From Octopus vulgaris (taxonomy: Eukaryota): a stretch of DNA of 64,000 nt. A program made the position numbers and the translations under genes. Of the stretch, positions 1 through 13,510 are shown piece by piece. Each line of letters begins with the position of its first letter. Within the stretch, counting starts at the first letter, position 1. The notes below the pieces were generated by a model that was not told the DNA's origin, made no database searches, and was given only the letters and a program-made list of their open reading frames with translations. The DNA is taken from NCBI GenBank assembly GCA_951406725.2, contig OX597823.1:23064001-23128000 (forward strand), in the 5' to 3' direction.

Positions 1-793
1 AAGTTTTGTCAGTGAACAGGTTGCGGTCTCAAAGCGACAAAAATATTTTGACAAATTAAATTTAAATGTTGAAGTGAATCTAACGGTTTTGTGTGTTTCT
101 TAAATGGCTTATAAACACCTTCCACTTGCAAGTACATCTCCGTAAAACATAATTATATATATATATACATAATTGTTTATGGGGGACCAATTCACTAAGG
201 AAGATCGATAGAGATTTTGCGCTAGCATCTATATAATGACTTTTAGAGAGAAGGGGAAGGATGCTGATAGACAAAGAGAAAGTTTGACTTCTGTGGAGTA
301 ATGGTTTGTATAGTTGCCTGGTAAAGTAACGGAGGAGCACTGCGATTGATATCATTGACTTTGTTAGTTTTCAGTTTCCGGTGGAGTTTACACATGTTTA
401 AGCATGTGCCGTTTCATACATAAACAAACTCACATGGAAATAATGAATCACTGTTGATTCCTATTATGACTTCCAGTTATTTTATCAGTAGAACAGCCTA
501 TTCATTGAATTCGTATGTCCACCGAGTATTCCACAGACACATGAAGCCTTTACATTATTATCAGGGAGAAGTGAAATGCTAGTGTTGACCTTTTCAAATA
601 TCAGGCACAGTCCATTGGACAGGTTTTCAAACACATTGTCTCCAACCAATTTCATTCATAAGATTTCATTTAAAGTCAGGCCATTGTAAAATACATTCAC
701 CCAAGATATTATACACAGGAAATAAACTACTTAGCCATTCAACCATGCCTGCAACCACTCACTCATAGTCATTCATACATGTATTATAGATGC

Positions 794-885
<92 letters not shown>

Positions 886-1419
886 GTATGTATATATATA
901 CATACATATATATATTGTATTGGAGTTGATTGATGATATCAAAGACCATATCACTCAATACAGAAATGTAGAGTAATGTATTTAGATATGAAACAATTCA
1001 AATTAAACACAGTAGGTTACTGATAGTTTCGTGTTGATGACTTCATGTCTCAACAGTGTCTTCAAAAGACAATTGAAACATGGGGTGTGAAAGATTACAT
1101 TTGCTATGAAACTATTAAGAGCACTCTGCCAAAGACAATCAATCATGTGTGCGTGTATATGTAAATATATATATATATAAGTAAATATTTCATTATCTCA
1201 GTTTTATTTGGCTCCTTTCCGACTTATATCCTAACTCTAAATTTCTGCAACATTATATTTGGTTAAATATGCAATATTAAAGTGTGAGTGTTTTATGTGA
1301 CATAGACATGGTATCCCAATACTTATGGTAACATGGGATACATTTAAATCATATCTTAAATTTTGAGTCTGCATGCACATGTGTGCATGTGTGTGTATGT
1401 GTCTGTGTGTGACGATGAC

Positions 1420-1770
1420 ACATGGCTATGTGGTAAGAAGCTTGCTTCCCAACCATATAGTTCTGGGCTCAGTCCCACTGCATGGCACCTTGGGCAAGTG
1501 TCTTCTACTACAGCCTCAGGCTGACCAAAGCTTGTGAGTAGATGGAAACTGAAAGAAGCCCATCATCATCATCGTGTTTGTTCCCCACACAGCTTGACAA
1601 CTGGTGTTGGTGAGTTTATGTCCCTGTTCAGCAAAAGAGGCTGATAGAGTAAGTACCAAGCTTATGAAAAAATAAGTAATGGGGTCAATTCATTTGACTA
1701 AAAGCTCTTCAAGGTGGTGCCCAAGCATGGCCACAGTCTAATGACTAAAACAAGTAAAAGATAAAAGATA
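1420..1770 (+). mobile_element. tRNA-derived SINE family A (CORE-like centre, internal microsatellite), diverged copy
   Basis: A-box-like TGGCTATGTGG, B-box-like GGCTCAGTCCC, CORE-like CCTTGGGCAAGTG, 3' end CAGTCTAATGACTAAAACAAGTAAAAG; matches the copies at 7857 and 15214. Confidence 0.8.
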
Positions 1771-1787
1771 TATATAAAATATGTGTG

Positions 1788-1829
<42 letters not shown>

Positions 1830-2204
1830 CGTGCATGCGAGCATGGCCAATTGACTGAAGAACCCACTTCACAATTAAGCAGACAGACTCATTTTTACTG
1901 CATGTCACTTTGGGCAAGTGCTTTTTACTATAGCTTTGTATTTACCCAAACCTGTAAGAGTACTTCCTCTGTATTTGCTCAGAAAGTAAGAAATAGTTGT
2001 CAAATTTCTCTGAAATTACATTTTCTGTGTTAAAAGAGACGTCATATTAGATAATGTTGTGATGGAAATGCTTATACATCTATCTTAATTTATAGCAGGC
2101 GTTTGGTTCCAAAACACAGGATTAATGAATAATAGAACATATGGCAGTTGCAAAATGACAAGGAATCGAAACCAGATTGATGAGTTTCAACAGTTAGGAT
2201 TTTG

Positions 2205-2407
2205 CCAGCCTTGCCTGGCACCTGTGCCAGTGGCACGTAAAAAGCACCCACTACACTCACAGAGTGGTTGGCGTTAGGAAGCACATCCAGCTGTTGAAAC
2301 ACTGCCAGATCAGACTGGAGCCTGGTGCAGCCTCCTGGCTTCCCAGACCCCGGTCGAACCATCCAACCCATGCTAGCATGGAAAACAGACATTAAATGAT
2401 GATGATT
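2205..2407 (+). mobile_element. Isolated 3' tail of the RTE LINE (5'-truncated LINE or tail-sharing SINE)
   Basis: GTGCCAGTGGCACGTAAAAAGCACCC...GGTTGGCGTTAGGAAG...CCATGCTAGCATGGAAAACAGAC-(GAT)n; same sequence as downstream of the RTE ORF at 21240-21500. Confidence 0.85.
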
Positions 2408-4378
2408 AGTAGTGCCTGTGGTCAACTAGCCAGTCTGATCCCTGGCTAAAATCACTGTGTCAGCACAAATGTGAGTCACCCAATTATCAATCACATCATC
2501 AAAGAAACTGACCATTTAGACATCTGGTCAACAAGATCTGGTCTGCAAGTTTGTTTTGTTTTTGTTTTTTTCCTTTGCACCCCTTTTTTTTTTTTTCTTG
2601 GACAGACTTATTCCATAAATAGAATTCTTGTATCACACGGAGGGTGTTCAATTCTACTGTTGTACTGCTAAACACAACCACTCACTCCCTATCTCATTAT
2701 TGCACTGTTCTGTTATTCATAGTGCTGATATCCTATAATTTGTTAACGATAAAGAAATAAATATTTTTTCATTTAAAATGTGTGTTCATTCAAGTATTAT
2801 CAACTCAATACCAAACTGTTACATTGTTGACACACAGAGAAACATCTTATCATTACACTGGTGACCATGACGTGATTAATATTTGGGCAAATCATGTGAT
2901 TTCTGCTAGAGATCAGATTGGTTAGTCGACCACTGATGTCACTGATCCCTATCACAAATCCTGATTGTCAAAGCTTAGCAACCCTGTTTCAATTCTCATG
3001 TGTGTATGTGTCTTGTGGCTGCCAAATATTCCTGTTACATGCTCAAATTGCAATTTTCACCTAATCTTTCAGCTTGTGTAAAGAGGGTGGCTGAAGGCAT
3101 TTATAGAAAAGTTATTAAAGAGAATGCACCGTGTAGGACTGGGAAAATGAGGCACAAATTGTTGGGTTGGGAGAAAGGGGAATGCCTTGTGAGACTAGAA
3201 GAGGCACACAATGATGGACTGATAGAAGGGACTTAATTGTACTACTGGCCTAGCCCTTATCATCAGAGAGAAAAACCAAAAAGATATTCTCTCTCTCTCC
3301 CTCTCTCTCTCTCCCCCCCCCTCTCTCTCTCTCTGACAGAGTGCAAAACATATTCGTGCATAAACTATTTGTATTTTTCGCCAATGCAGCACATCCCTGG
3401 TTTCTTTGTATTTTACTGGAGTCCAAAATAATAAAAGATGAAGTGATGATAGCTGGAACACCTTTGATCATATATCTGCTTGACCAGTGTTAATCTGAAG
3501 ATAAATTACACCACCAACAACAACAACAACATCATCATCATTATCATCACTACATCATCACCACAACTATCACACACTTCCCACCCCGATTAATCTATCC
3601 CCTATACCTTTCTCTTATTCACCTTGTTTACATACTTTCTCAAAGCTTAAAAAGCACCACTGCCTTCTATGTCTCTCTATCTGTCACTCTCTCTCTCTCT
3701 TCTTTCTCCTTTTCCCTCCCTTAAACTCACACACACACATACATACACACACACACTCACTTATTCATGAAGAGTCTGGACCCAAAATGTTAAAAATCTT
3801 CCACTCTTCACACCAATTAACCTTATCGAACTCTGTATGATCTTTTCAATGTACCTATTGAAGAGGATTGCCATAAAACTCCCTTCTCCCCTGCGGCACA
3901 CACCACACACCCCGCTTACATACTGCTTAGTCTCCACTCCATTTTCATGCCACATTAACATATACCAGTCCTCTGTTTGTGTTTCAGCATTACACTTGTT
4001 TAGTCTCTGCTAGGATGCTATTTATTGCATTTCCTCCCCCTCTCAATACACCTCCTCTCTCTCTGTTTTTCTCACTTTCCTCTTTCTCTTTTACACACAC
4101 GTGCTCACACACACACACATACCTATACACATACACACGCTGACTTATGTCTATTTTAGGCTCATGGTAAAACTAGCAGACATGGATTATATGTCAAAAG
4201 CTGCAGGGGTCTTCCTCTATATAGCTACATAATCTATTTATAAAGAATTCCTCATAGATTGTGTGTTGCATGTGTGTGTGTGTGTGTGTGTGTGTGTCTG
4301 TGTGTGTGTGGTGTAGTGTGTGTGTGTGTGTGTGTATATAAAGGACTAAAAGTTAACTGCTCAGAGGAGGGAATGTGG

Positions 4379-4413
<35 letters not shown>

Positions 4414-5639
4414 ATATATATATATATATATAATTTAGTTGTTTTTTATTGCTGCTGCTTTAGTTATTGTTTCTATTTCTAGAATGATGTGGAATTCCCC
4501 TTTAACTAACTATGCCATGGTCAAATGACTTCCTTCCACAATCAGTAAAAGAACCCAATAGCATTAACACCTCCGCCACACACCACACCACAAAGCAAAG
4601 GCAAGGAGGAAGGCAGGAGCTTGTTTGGCAAGGTTCTAATTTTAGCTGTTGTGATATAAGAGGAGGGATTAGGGAACAGATTTGACTGTGGGGGCAGGTG
4701 AGTGTGTGGGTGAGTGTGTGTGTGGATGCTGTGGAGTGGAGTTGTATCTCTTTGTAATAAGAGAATTTGATGTAAGGCTCACATTCTTTGCCCAGATATG
4801 TTCCCTTTCTTCTCATACTTAATTGGTATTTTTTTTTTATCGTTGTCATTTTGTTGTAGTCAATTGAATGAAGGAAGGCAGAGGTGGTGGAGTGTTTTTT
4901 ATTTGCATATCTTTCTAAACATCTCTACTTTTCTACTGCCGTTGTCTCCTTTCTATACCATTATTCTAGAAACATCTTAAATACAGTTTCTCATTTCTCA
5001 ACTTTTCTCTACAGAGAAAATAAAACTGGCAGTGTGAGAATGAGGTGGAGGAGAGTGATGAAAAGCTTAGCAACTAATCAAAAAAATGTTATCATCATCA
5101 TTATTATCATTATCTTCTTTGTTATCTTTGTCATCGTCATATTCATCGCTATCATTTTCATCTTCATCAACTTCATACCACCATTATAATCTTCACCATC
5201 AACATTATAGTTTTCTATCAGCATCAGCATCAACAACCTTTAAACTGCAATTTTTTCCATGTTCATATGGGTTGGATAAGTCTGCCGTACTGTGTATTGC
5301 CAGTGTAGCATAGACTCAAGTGAAATTCCTCTCCTCTCTATTATATATACATACTTATGAATGTAGTAGGTAACAGCTAGCCTTTGGCAACATTTTGGAC
5401 CCTGTTGTGTCCACTACTCTGATTGATCACACAAGACACAGCCAGTTCCAGCAACAACACAACAGCAGCCATGTTGAGACTCACCAACTTCATCCAACAG
5501 CATTCGGCGACATCCATCTCCATCGCCACCATCATCCTAATGTCAACTCTCTATATACAACTCACCCTGGTTACAACATTGCACTGTTTGTGAATTACTT
5601 CACCATGGATCTACAGCAAATATACAACCTGCGAGAACT

Positions 5640-8600
5640 CCTGTGCCAAGTGATCCACATTCTTCCAATTTTAATCTCCAGATTCTTATATGTTCAGTTT
5701 TACAAACATTTTCAGGGATGTGTTTTTATCTGCTGGGGCTTCAACATCAATCAGGAGACAAATCTTTTCAATATTATTTTTCCCAAATGAGATCAGGTTG
5801 CTTTGCCTGTATTTCCTGATCAGTTTGAACACTGAAATTCCAAAGGATGGTAACCTCAGCATTCTGGGCAACTTGCGCTCCTGTCAATTGGTTTTGTAAA
5901 GGAGGTGGCATGTGTAGCATAGTGACCATTGTTTGTACTGAGCTAATCTGTCATACCTTTGCAAGTATTCTGTTGGTGTCAGTCTACTGTATCCAGAGGT
6001 TTTGTGGTTGATCGTCTCTGGGTGCTCTGCATATGCAGCATGATGAGCTATTTTCATGCTTCAGGACATTACACTTGTAATTCTTAGATGGAAGGGACTG
6101 GTCCTGAACACCAAGGATATACCCCTCAGTTTCTTGTTTGAAACCAGAGCATGTCAGTCACTGATGAGTAAGGGTTTGATTTACATCGGGTCCCTGATTC
6201 TAGTTGAGTATTTACCATACAATAGCCTTTGCTCCCATTTCTTCCTTAATCTATTGGAGGCTGATTTGTTTGGTTATGGTGGTTATTTGCTTTTGCCTTG
6301 TCTGTTGGGGACACATTTTCTTCGAGTCCTGGTTTGTCTAGTTGCATTTCTCAGAGGCATATTTTCTCATTTCCCATCACTGAGTGCAACTTTTTGGTAT
6401 TTTCATTTGTCAGAACCAGCCTTAACATTCAGTCATTTACTTGTTGCAGGTTGGCAGAAAGTCCCATGGCTGCAATTTTCAATGACAGTTGCAATTGTAT
6501 TAACCCCAACCACCTTCTTTACTCAGGAAATATATTTGGTCTTTGTCTGATTTTGAGTGATGCATATGATGTATAATATTGAAGCTGTATGAGATTACAG
6601 GCATAGCCAGTGTTTGTGGCCATAATTTTATTTCTAACGTTCAGCTCAGATTTTGGCATTCAGATTTTCAGAATGGTTCTTATTCTTCAGTAGCACTCCT
6701 TCCTTATCTTTTCTCTCATTAATGAGTTTAATCCCATCTCCTTCACATACTCCTATACACTCATAACTGCCCTGAGGTTTTAAATATTTTATCACAGTGT
6801 CTCTATCTAGGGTATGTTGCATGAATTTGATAGTTTTCCCTTGGTAAATATAGCCTTGATACATTTGTCAAGCTCAAATTCCATTTTGATATCATCACTA
6901 AATTGTGTTACTGTGTAAAGGAGTGCTAGCAGTTGTTAATCTTTTTTTGCAAACAGTTTCAAATCATCCATACACCCTGTATCCATAATTTGTTTCATTC
7001 AGGAATTTACTTAGAGGAAACAGTTTTAAGCAGAATAACAAAGAGTTAATGAGTCTCTTTGAATGATTCCACAATTAATATTAAGTTGTCCATCAGTTAT
7101 ATTTGTAGTGTCAATGTTGAGAGTTAATGCTGCTTTCCAGAGCTCCATGGTGTAAGATACAAAATTCCTGATTACTATTGAAATTTTGAACATCTCCAAG
7201 CATTCTTTTATCCAGCTGTGAGGAATAGTATTAAAGACCTTCTTGTAGGCTGTCAATGCCACCAAGAGATGTTTTTTCCTGTTGTAACAATTCTCAAAAA
7301 TCACTTTATTAATTGACAGTTGACCCCTGCAACCATAAGACCCATGCTTACACCCTTTTTGTTCATCAGGAAGGTGTTTTTAATGAGAAAAGCATATGTG
7401 TATTCCATTAGGAGATATTGTAAGGGTTTTGTACATTGTTGTAAGGTGCATTAAGGGTCTGTAATCCTCAAAGGTTTTATTGTCTCATCATTTTGAGGAA
7501 AAAGTGATACTATTGGCCAGCTATTCTGAGGTTATCTGCAGTCCCTTCCTAATTGCACTGTAACAAGTTAGTTCCTTGTGTGGGTTTGTAAACATATTGA
7601 GTCAATTGTCTGGGATCTTATCTATACCAGATGACTTCTGTTTATTGTACTTTTTAATGTAAGTCTGACAACTTCAAAATGGATTTCTTCCCATATTTGC
7701 TTTTCTATAAACTTAGTGTCTTTTTTTTTTATGTCTATTAACCCATGAGACATCAAAGTTTTGCTCCTTTCCAGCTACCGAAATTTTCCTCCAGAACTCC
7801 AGTATCTCACACACTGAAGGGACTTTTATTTTGGTGTTCTTTCCAATATGTCAATAGGCGCAGGAGTGGCTGTGTGTAAGTAGCTTGCTAACCAACCACA
7901 TGGTTCCGGGTTCAGTCCCACTGTGTGGCACCTTGAGCAAGTGTCTTCTGCTATAGCCCTGGGCCGACCAATGCCTTGTGAGTGGATTTGGTAGACGGAA
8001 ACTGAAAGAAGCCTGTCATATATATGTATGTGTGTGTGTGTGTGCGTCTGTGTTTGTTCCCCTAGCATTGCTTGACAACCAATGCTGGTATGCTTACATC
8101 CCTGTCACTTAGCGGTTCGGCAAAAGAGACCGATAGAATAAGTACTGGGCTTACAAAGAATAAGTCCCGGGGTCGAGTTGCTCGAATAAAGGCGGTGCTC
8201 CAGCATGGCCGCAGTCAAATGACTGAAACAAGAAAAAGAGAAAAGAGAGTAAAGAACATTTTTGGATTATTTTTAAACATGCTGTTATCTTTGAAGAACC
8301 TAGAACATTTTTCAAGACTTTATGTCAGGGTTTTCTTCTCTCCAAATTCTGTATATTCATTCAGTGTTTCAGAAGTCTGATGGTTGAAACATGGTGGTGT
8401 AGTAAGCCCCAGTAATCTGCTTATCTTCCCTGGACCATTTCTAGCTTTTGATTTGATTGGTGCTTGCAAGTGTCAGGTATGGAGGGCCTGCAGATGGACT
8501 TGTCCTGTTGTAAGAGACTTCCAGACTCATGTTACTGGGGAGGTTTGAACCAGTAGTGAACTCTTTTCCCCCTGATTGGGTCTGCTCAGAGCGATGCAGC

Positions 8601-8790
8601 CTTTGTTCACCCGGCCAAAGACCGATCAGGTATAGATTCTGCTTTGTTGAGTTTTGGCTTGTTGCCATTAAAACAACATTGGCATTAGGAGACGTGTCTG
8701 TCTATCTAGAGTTGATTTTTTTGACAGAACATAACTCCCAAGTTCTTTGAATTGATATGTTTCTCGTATTGTAATTGCATGGGGCGTGCA
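5640..8790 (-). mobile_element. Decayed non-LTR retrotransposon with restriction-like endonuclease (R4/Dong-like), 3' end missing, interrupted by a SINE
   Basis: Minus-strand fragments: RT AYKKVFNTIPHSWIKECLEMFKI, GIIQRDSL, MDDLKLFAK; linker ETEGYILGVQDQSLP; RLE VTILWNFSVQTDQEIQAKQPDL...CLLIDVEAPADKN; many stops and frameshifts. Confidence 0.85.
7857..8255 (+). mobile_element. SINE family A, full length, inserted in the R4-like LINE
   Basis: GGCGCAGGAGTGGCTGTGTG...GGTTCAGTCCC head, internal (TA)/(TG) tract, A-rich AAAAGAG tail. Confidence 0.9.
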
Positions 8791-8935
8791 GAACAAAATT
8801 TCCCTCTATATTTTTTTGGTAGATATATCTACATAACTGTTATTTATTATTATTATTAATCATCATCATCATCATCATCCAAAATTTCAGGCCTTGTGTC
8901 TATTATAGAAATGATGATTATTATTATTATTATTG

Positions 8936-9163
8936 AGTGAGAGAGCATACCATCAAAGTGACACTGGGGTAAAATATACAAAGCGCAGTATACCCATCAT
9001 AACTACCTGTCTGATAAGGGTACACAAGGCACATGCATCACAACCATATGTGCGCGACATGGTGATCTCATTAAGATAAATGGAGCATGACCTTGCAGGT
9101 GGGGCCCAGTTATAATTTTCTACAGGTTGAGTAGCCTATCCCACTCAAAAGGTCCCTGAATAA
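8936..9163. repeat. Probable interspersed-repeat fragment abutting an (ATT)n tract
   Basis: Higher-GC complex block starting sharply after (ATT)n; single copy in window, family not assigned. Confidence 0.35.
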
Positions 9164-9361
9164 TGAAAAATATTACATTATAGTATATAATATTTTTGAA
9201 ACATTATCATTATGAAAATGTTTTACTGATGCGTTAATCTTATACAATCTATTAGTCAAGTTTATCTTGTATTTCACAATTAATATTTACTTTATTTTCT
9301 CATGTTCATTAATAATTCAATGAATTTTCAAACACATAACACAATAATAATAATAATAATG

Positions 9362-9415
<54 letters not shown>

Positions 9416-9979
9416 GTGATGATGATGATGATGATATTCTATTATCTTCAGCATTTATAGGTGAAGTCTACAAATGCTTCTACACCAAGAAACAAAAGAA
9501 GTTTGTAGAATTTTTACACGTGACAAAATGGGTGTGATTGTTTAAAATTCTGTGAGAAATGCCTGCATCCATATTGATTCATATATATGTACACATACAT
9601 GTATATGTATATACTTACATACATATGTGTATGTGTGCATGTGTGTGCATATGTACTTCAGTATGTATTCCTCTTGATGTTCATGCTGACTGTAAAGAAA
9701 GACTCACTGTTTAAACAAAGTGTCACTTGTTTGCAATCCTCCGTAAAAACATGTGCAGGCTGTTCCTTGTTTAAAAGACTAGGGAAAACATTACCTTGCC
9801 TGTAAACAAGTGAGGATTAGTGACAATACATAGATCTGGCAAAAGAAAAATCCACTTCAACAAAGTTATCATTTGACCAATGAAAGATAAACATTAAAAT
9901 GACAATGACAAAACATTATCATCATCATTTTTATGCCCATCTTTTTTTTATCCTATTATTGACTGAACAGAGAGGTTGC

Positions 9980-10400
9980 TTTACTCTTTACTCTTTTACT
10001 CTTTTACTTGTTTCAGTCATTTGACTGCGGCCATGCTGGAGCACCACCTTTAATCGAGCAACTCGACCCCGGGACTTATTCTTTTGTAAGCCCAGTACTT
10101 ATTCTATCGGTCTCTTTTGCCGAACCGCTAAGTAACGGGGACATAAACACACCAGCATCGGTTGTCAAGCAATGCTAGGGGGACAAACACAGACACACAA
10201 ACACACACACGCATATATATATATATATACATATATACGACGGGCTTCTTTCAGTTTCCGTCTACCAAATCCACTCATAAGGCTTTGGTCGGCCTGGGGC
10301 TATAGTAGAAGACACTTGCCCAAGGTGCCACGCAGTGGGACTGAACCCGGAACCATGTGGATGGTAAACAAGCTACTTACGACACAGCCACTCCTGCGCC
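9980..10400 (-). mobile_element. SINE family A, full length
   Basis: Near-identical reverse complement of 7857-8255 with (CTCTTTTA)n tail. Confidence 0.92.
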
Positions 10401-10614
10401 TTTGTATCAGTTTTTATTTCAAGAGTTACTGTCCTCCTTGATGGGCAACCTATGATGAAGTTTATGGAGTCCACATCTCATTGGCACACCCCATTTTTGG
10501 TGTGATTCCTATGACTGGATGCCCTTTACAGCATATTTCATGTTTCTCAATAGATTCTGTGAAAAGTTAAAAAGGTGAACAAGATATTGAATCAAAGCAA
10601 ACATTAATCTGTAG

Positions 10615-10990
10615 GTTATATCGATAAGTTCACTTCACAACCACAAGGTTTCAGGTTCAATTTCACTGCAACACCTTGTGTAAGTGTCTTTTACTGTAAC
10701 CCTGAACAGACCAATGCTTTGTCAGTGAATTTATCAGAAACCAGAAACTGTGCAGAAGCTCCTCTGTGTGTGTGTATGTGTGTGCGTGTGCACACATGCG
10801 TGTGTGTGTGTTTGTCTCTCATCATATGTCAACTGGTATTGCTTTGGTTACATCTAGTTTAGCATCTCAGCAAAAAGGGACCACTGAAATAAATGTCAGA
10901 ATTATACATAAATACTGTGGTTGATTTGATTGACTAAATCCTTTCATGTGGTGCCCTAACATGGCTGCAATCCAATGACTAAAACAAGTC
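10615..10990 (+). mobile_element. SINE family A, old diverged copy
   Basis: Residual GGTTCAATT B box, internal (TG)n, 3' CATGGCTGCAATCCAATGACTAAAACAAGT. Confidence 0.65.
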
Positions 10991-11625
10991 TAAAAAATAA
11001 GAGTATATATATAAATGTGCATACATATTTATATATATTCTCATTTCCCCAACAAGATTACCAAGTTGTCACTATTATTCAAAAGACTGAATAATTGTAA
11101 ATACAACAGCATGAAACCATTGGTATCATATTAACAGCATCCTACTATTACAAGAAATTTATTCATCCACCAATATAGTGTAGATCACTCAAGTCTTTAA
11201 TTCATTGTTAACATACAATGTTAACATATAATGTGATGAATATTTCAGAAATAGCTGATTATGTATTGGGTTCAGCTGTTGAGCTCAACTATGTTTTACA
11301 TACACAAAGCGAAATCTATTGATCCTGGAATATACTCATTCTTATTTATGTATTCTATGCAAGGTAAGATTGTCTCAGATATGTTTGTTACACCCACCGT
11401 GTGTATTTTTATAGTGAGTAAATTGTGGTTTAGAGCAATAGCTCTGTTCATAGCAAGTGGTATTTCATTACCCTTCTGAATTTTATTCATACTTTACCTA
11501 TAAATGTCTAAACTTGCTAGCCACTCTACTATTAACATTATTTTTACTAATGTTAGTGATAGTTATTTAAATCTATATACACACACATATATGTGTGTCT
11601 GTGTGTATGCATATATATGAGTGTG

Positions 11626-11684
<59 letters not shown>

Positions 11685-11814
11685 ATGTATATGTATATGT
11701 GTATGTATAGAGGTTATGAGAGGTAATGGTGCCAATAAGACCCAAAGGTGTCAAGTAATGCTGAGTAAGTGCTATGGACAGACTATAACTATTGCTTAAT
11801 CATTTTCTCACATC

Positions 11815-11862
11815 GTCTCCGATGAAGGGATATATAAAATATCCTGGAAACAGCTGTAAGAC
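11815..11862 (+). ncRNA. Type I hammerhead ribozyme motif (U4C core variant) in a ~230-bp block between (TA)n tracts
   Basis: GTCT-CCGATGA-AGGGATAT-ATAAA-ATATCCT-G-GAAAC-AGCT-GTA^AGAC: stem I GTCT/AGAC, stem II GGATAT/ATATCC, palindromic ACAGCTGT stem III, GUA triplet. Confidence 0.7.
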
Positions 11863-11939
11863 CTTCTATTTATAAATGTTCTGAAATCTTTCACAGCCTT
11901 GGATTTTTATCTCATTCTGAAAAAATTTTCTTATATTTT

Positions 11940-11985
<46 letters not shown>

Positions 11986-12340
11986 TATGTATGTACATAT
12001 ATGTATGTATATATATATGTGTATGCATATATGTATGTATGTATATATATCTGTATGAATATATGTATGTATATATATGTGTATATATATATATGTATTT
12101 ATATATATATATGTATATATGTATGTATATTTATGTATATATATAATTTATATATGTATATATATATTTATGTATGTATATATATATATATATATATTTA
12201 CATATATATATATTTATGTATATATATGATATGTAATTCAACTGATGATGTTTCATCATCATCATCATCATCATCATCGTTTAGCGTCCGCTTTCCATGC
12301 TAGCATGGGTTGGACGGGATGTTTATATATATATATATCA

Positions 12341-12712
12341 GTGCCGGTGGCACGTAAGAGAACCGTCCGAATGTGACCGTTGCCAGCGCCGCCCCAACTG
12401 GCCTCCATGCCAGTGGCACGTAAAAAGCACCATCCAATTGTGGCCGTTGCCAGCCTCATTTGGCCCCCGTGCCGGTGGCACGTAAAAAGCACCATCCGAT
12501 CGTGGCCGTTTGCCAGCCTCGTCTGGCACCTGTGTAGGTGGCACATAAAAAGCACCCACTACACTCTCGGAGTGGTTGGTGTTAAGAAGGGCATCCAGCT
12601 GTAGAAACACTGCCAGATCAGACTGGGCCTGGTGCAGCCTCCTGGCTTCCCAGACCCCAGTTGAACCATCCAACCCATGCTAGCATGGAAAACAGATGTT
12701 AAATGATGATGA

Positions 12713-12715
<3 letters not shown>
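12341..12715 (+). mobile_element. RTE 3'-tail element with four tandem ~62-bp hairpin units
   Basis: Units start near 12341, 12407, 12469, 12532 (GTGCCRGTGGCACRTAARAR); common tail and (GAT)n follow. Confidence 0.85.
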
Positions 12716-12771
<56 letters not shown>

Positions 12772-12859
12772 TGTATGTATGTATATATATGGCTGTAAAT
12801 CGACTGATGATGTCAATGATAACCGTAACAATGATAATATTAGTTAGTATGGTCCATTA

Positions 12860-13510
12860 AAAGCACCCTACGATTGTTGGGCGATATGCTGTGCTTGTGA
12901 AAACCTGTTGAACCAAGTGAAATTGTAGTGATGGCCAGTCGCCTGACTGGCACCCATGCTGGTGGCACATAAAAAGCACCTTTCAAGCATTGAGCCTCAT
13001 AGAGACAGTGGCAGGTGGCCAAGACCCTTGGCAATATACCGTGCTTGTAAGGCAGCGAACTGACAGAAAAGTTAGCATGCCAGGTGAAATGCTTAGCAGT
13101 ATTTCATGTCTTTACATACTGAGTTCAAATTCTGCCGAGGTCGTCTTTGCATTTCATCCTTTCAGGGTCGATAAATTAAGTACCAGTTACATACTGGGGT
13201 TGACCTAATCGACTGGCCCCTCCCCAAAAATTCCAGGTCTTGTGCCTAGAGTAGAAAAGAATATACCGTACTTGTGTTGACCTGTCAAACCAAGTGTGAC
13301 CATAGTTGTGGCCAATGCCGGTGTCAGGTCAATGGCATGTAAAAAGCACCTATTACACTCTCAAAGTGGTTGGTGTTAGGAAGGGCATCAAACCATAGAA
13401 ACCTTGCCAAATCAGATTGGAACCTGGTGCAGCGTCCTAGCTTACCAGTTTTCAGTCAAACTGTCCAACCCATGCCAGCATGGTAAGCAGACGTTAAACA
13501 ATGATGATGA
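12860..13510 (+). mobile_element. RTE 3'-tail element interrupted by a family B SINE
   Basis: TGGCACATAAAAAGCACC units and GGTTGGTGTTAGGAAGGGCATC...CCATGCCAGCATGG-(GAT)n. Confidence 0.75.
13049..13259 (+). mobile_element. SINE family B (tRNA-like head, Meta-domain-like centre) with 16-bp TSD
   Basis: GAGTTCAAATTC B box; TTTCATCCTTTCAGGGTCGATAAATTAAGTACCAG; flanked by AATATACCGTGCTTGT (13033-13048) and AATATACCGTACTTGT (13260-13275). Confidence 0.88.

Noticed and set aside
5395-5790. His/Gln-rich 131-aa ORF
   Set aside because: Non-ATG start, low complexity, and runs antisense into the R4-like LINE
11249-11490. Host exon (acceptor/donor-like sites, 64-72-aa ORFs)
   Set aside because: In-frame stops near the candidate splice sites and no recognisable domain
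12341-12560. HDV-like or twister ribozyme in the tandem unit
   Set aside because: Could not build the required pseudoknots or conserved junction residues by eye
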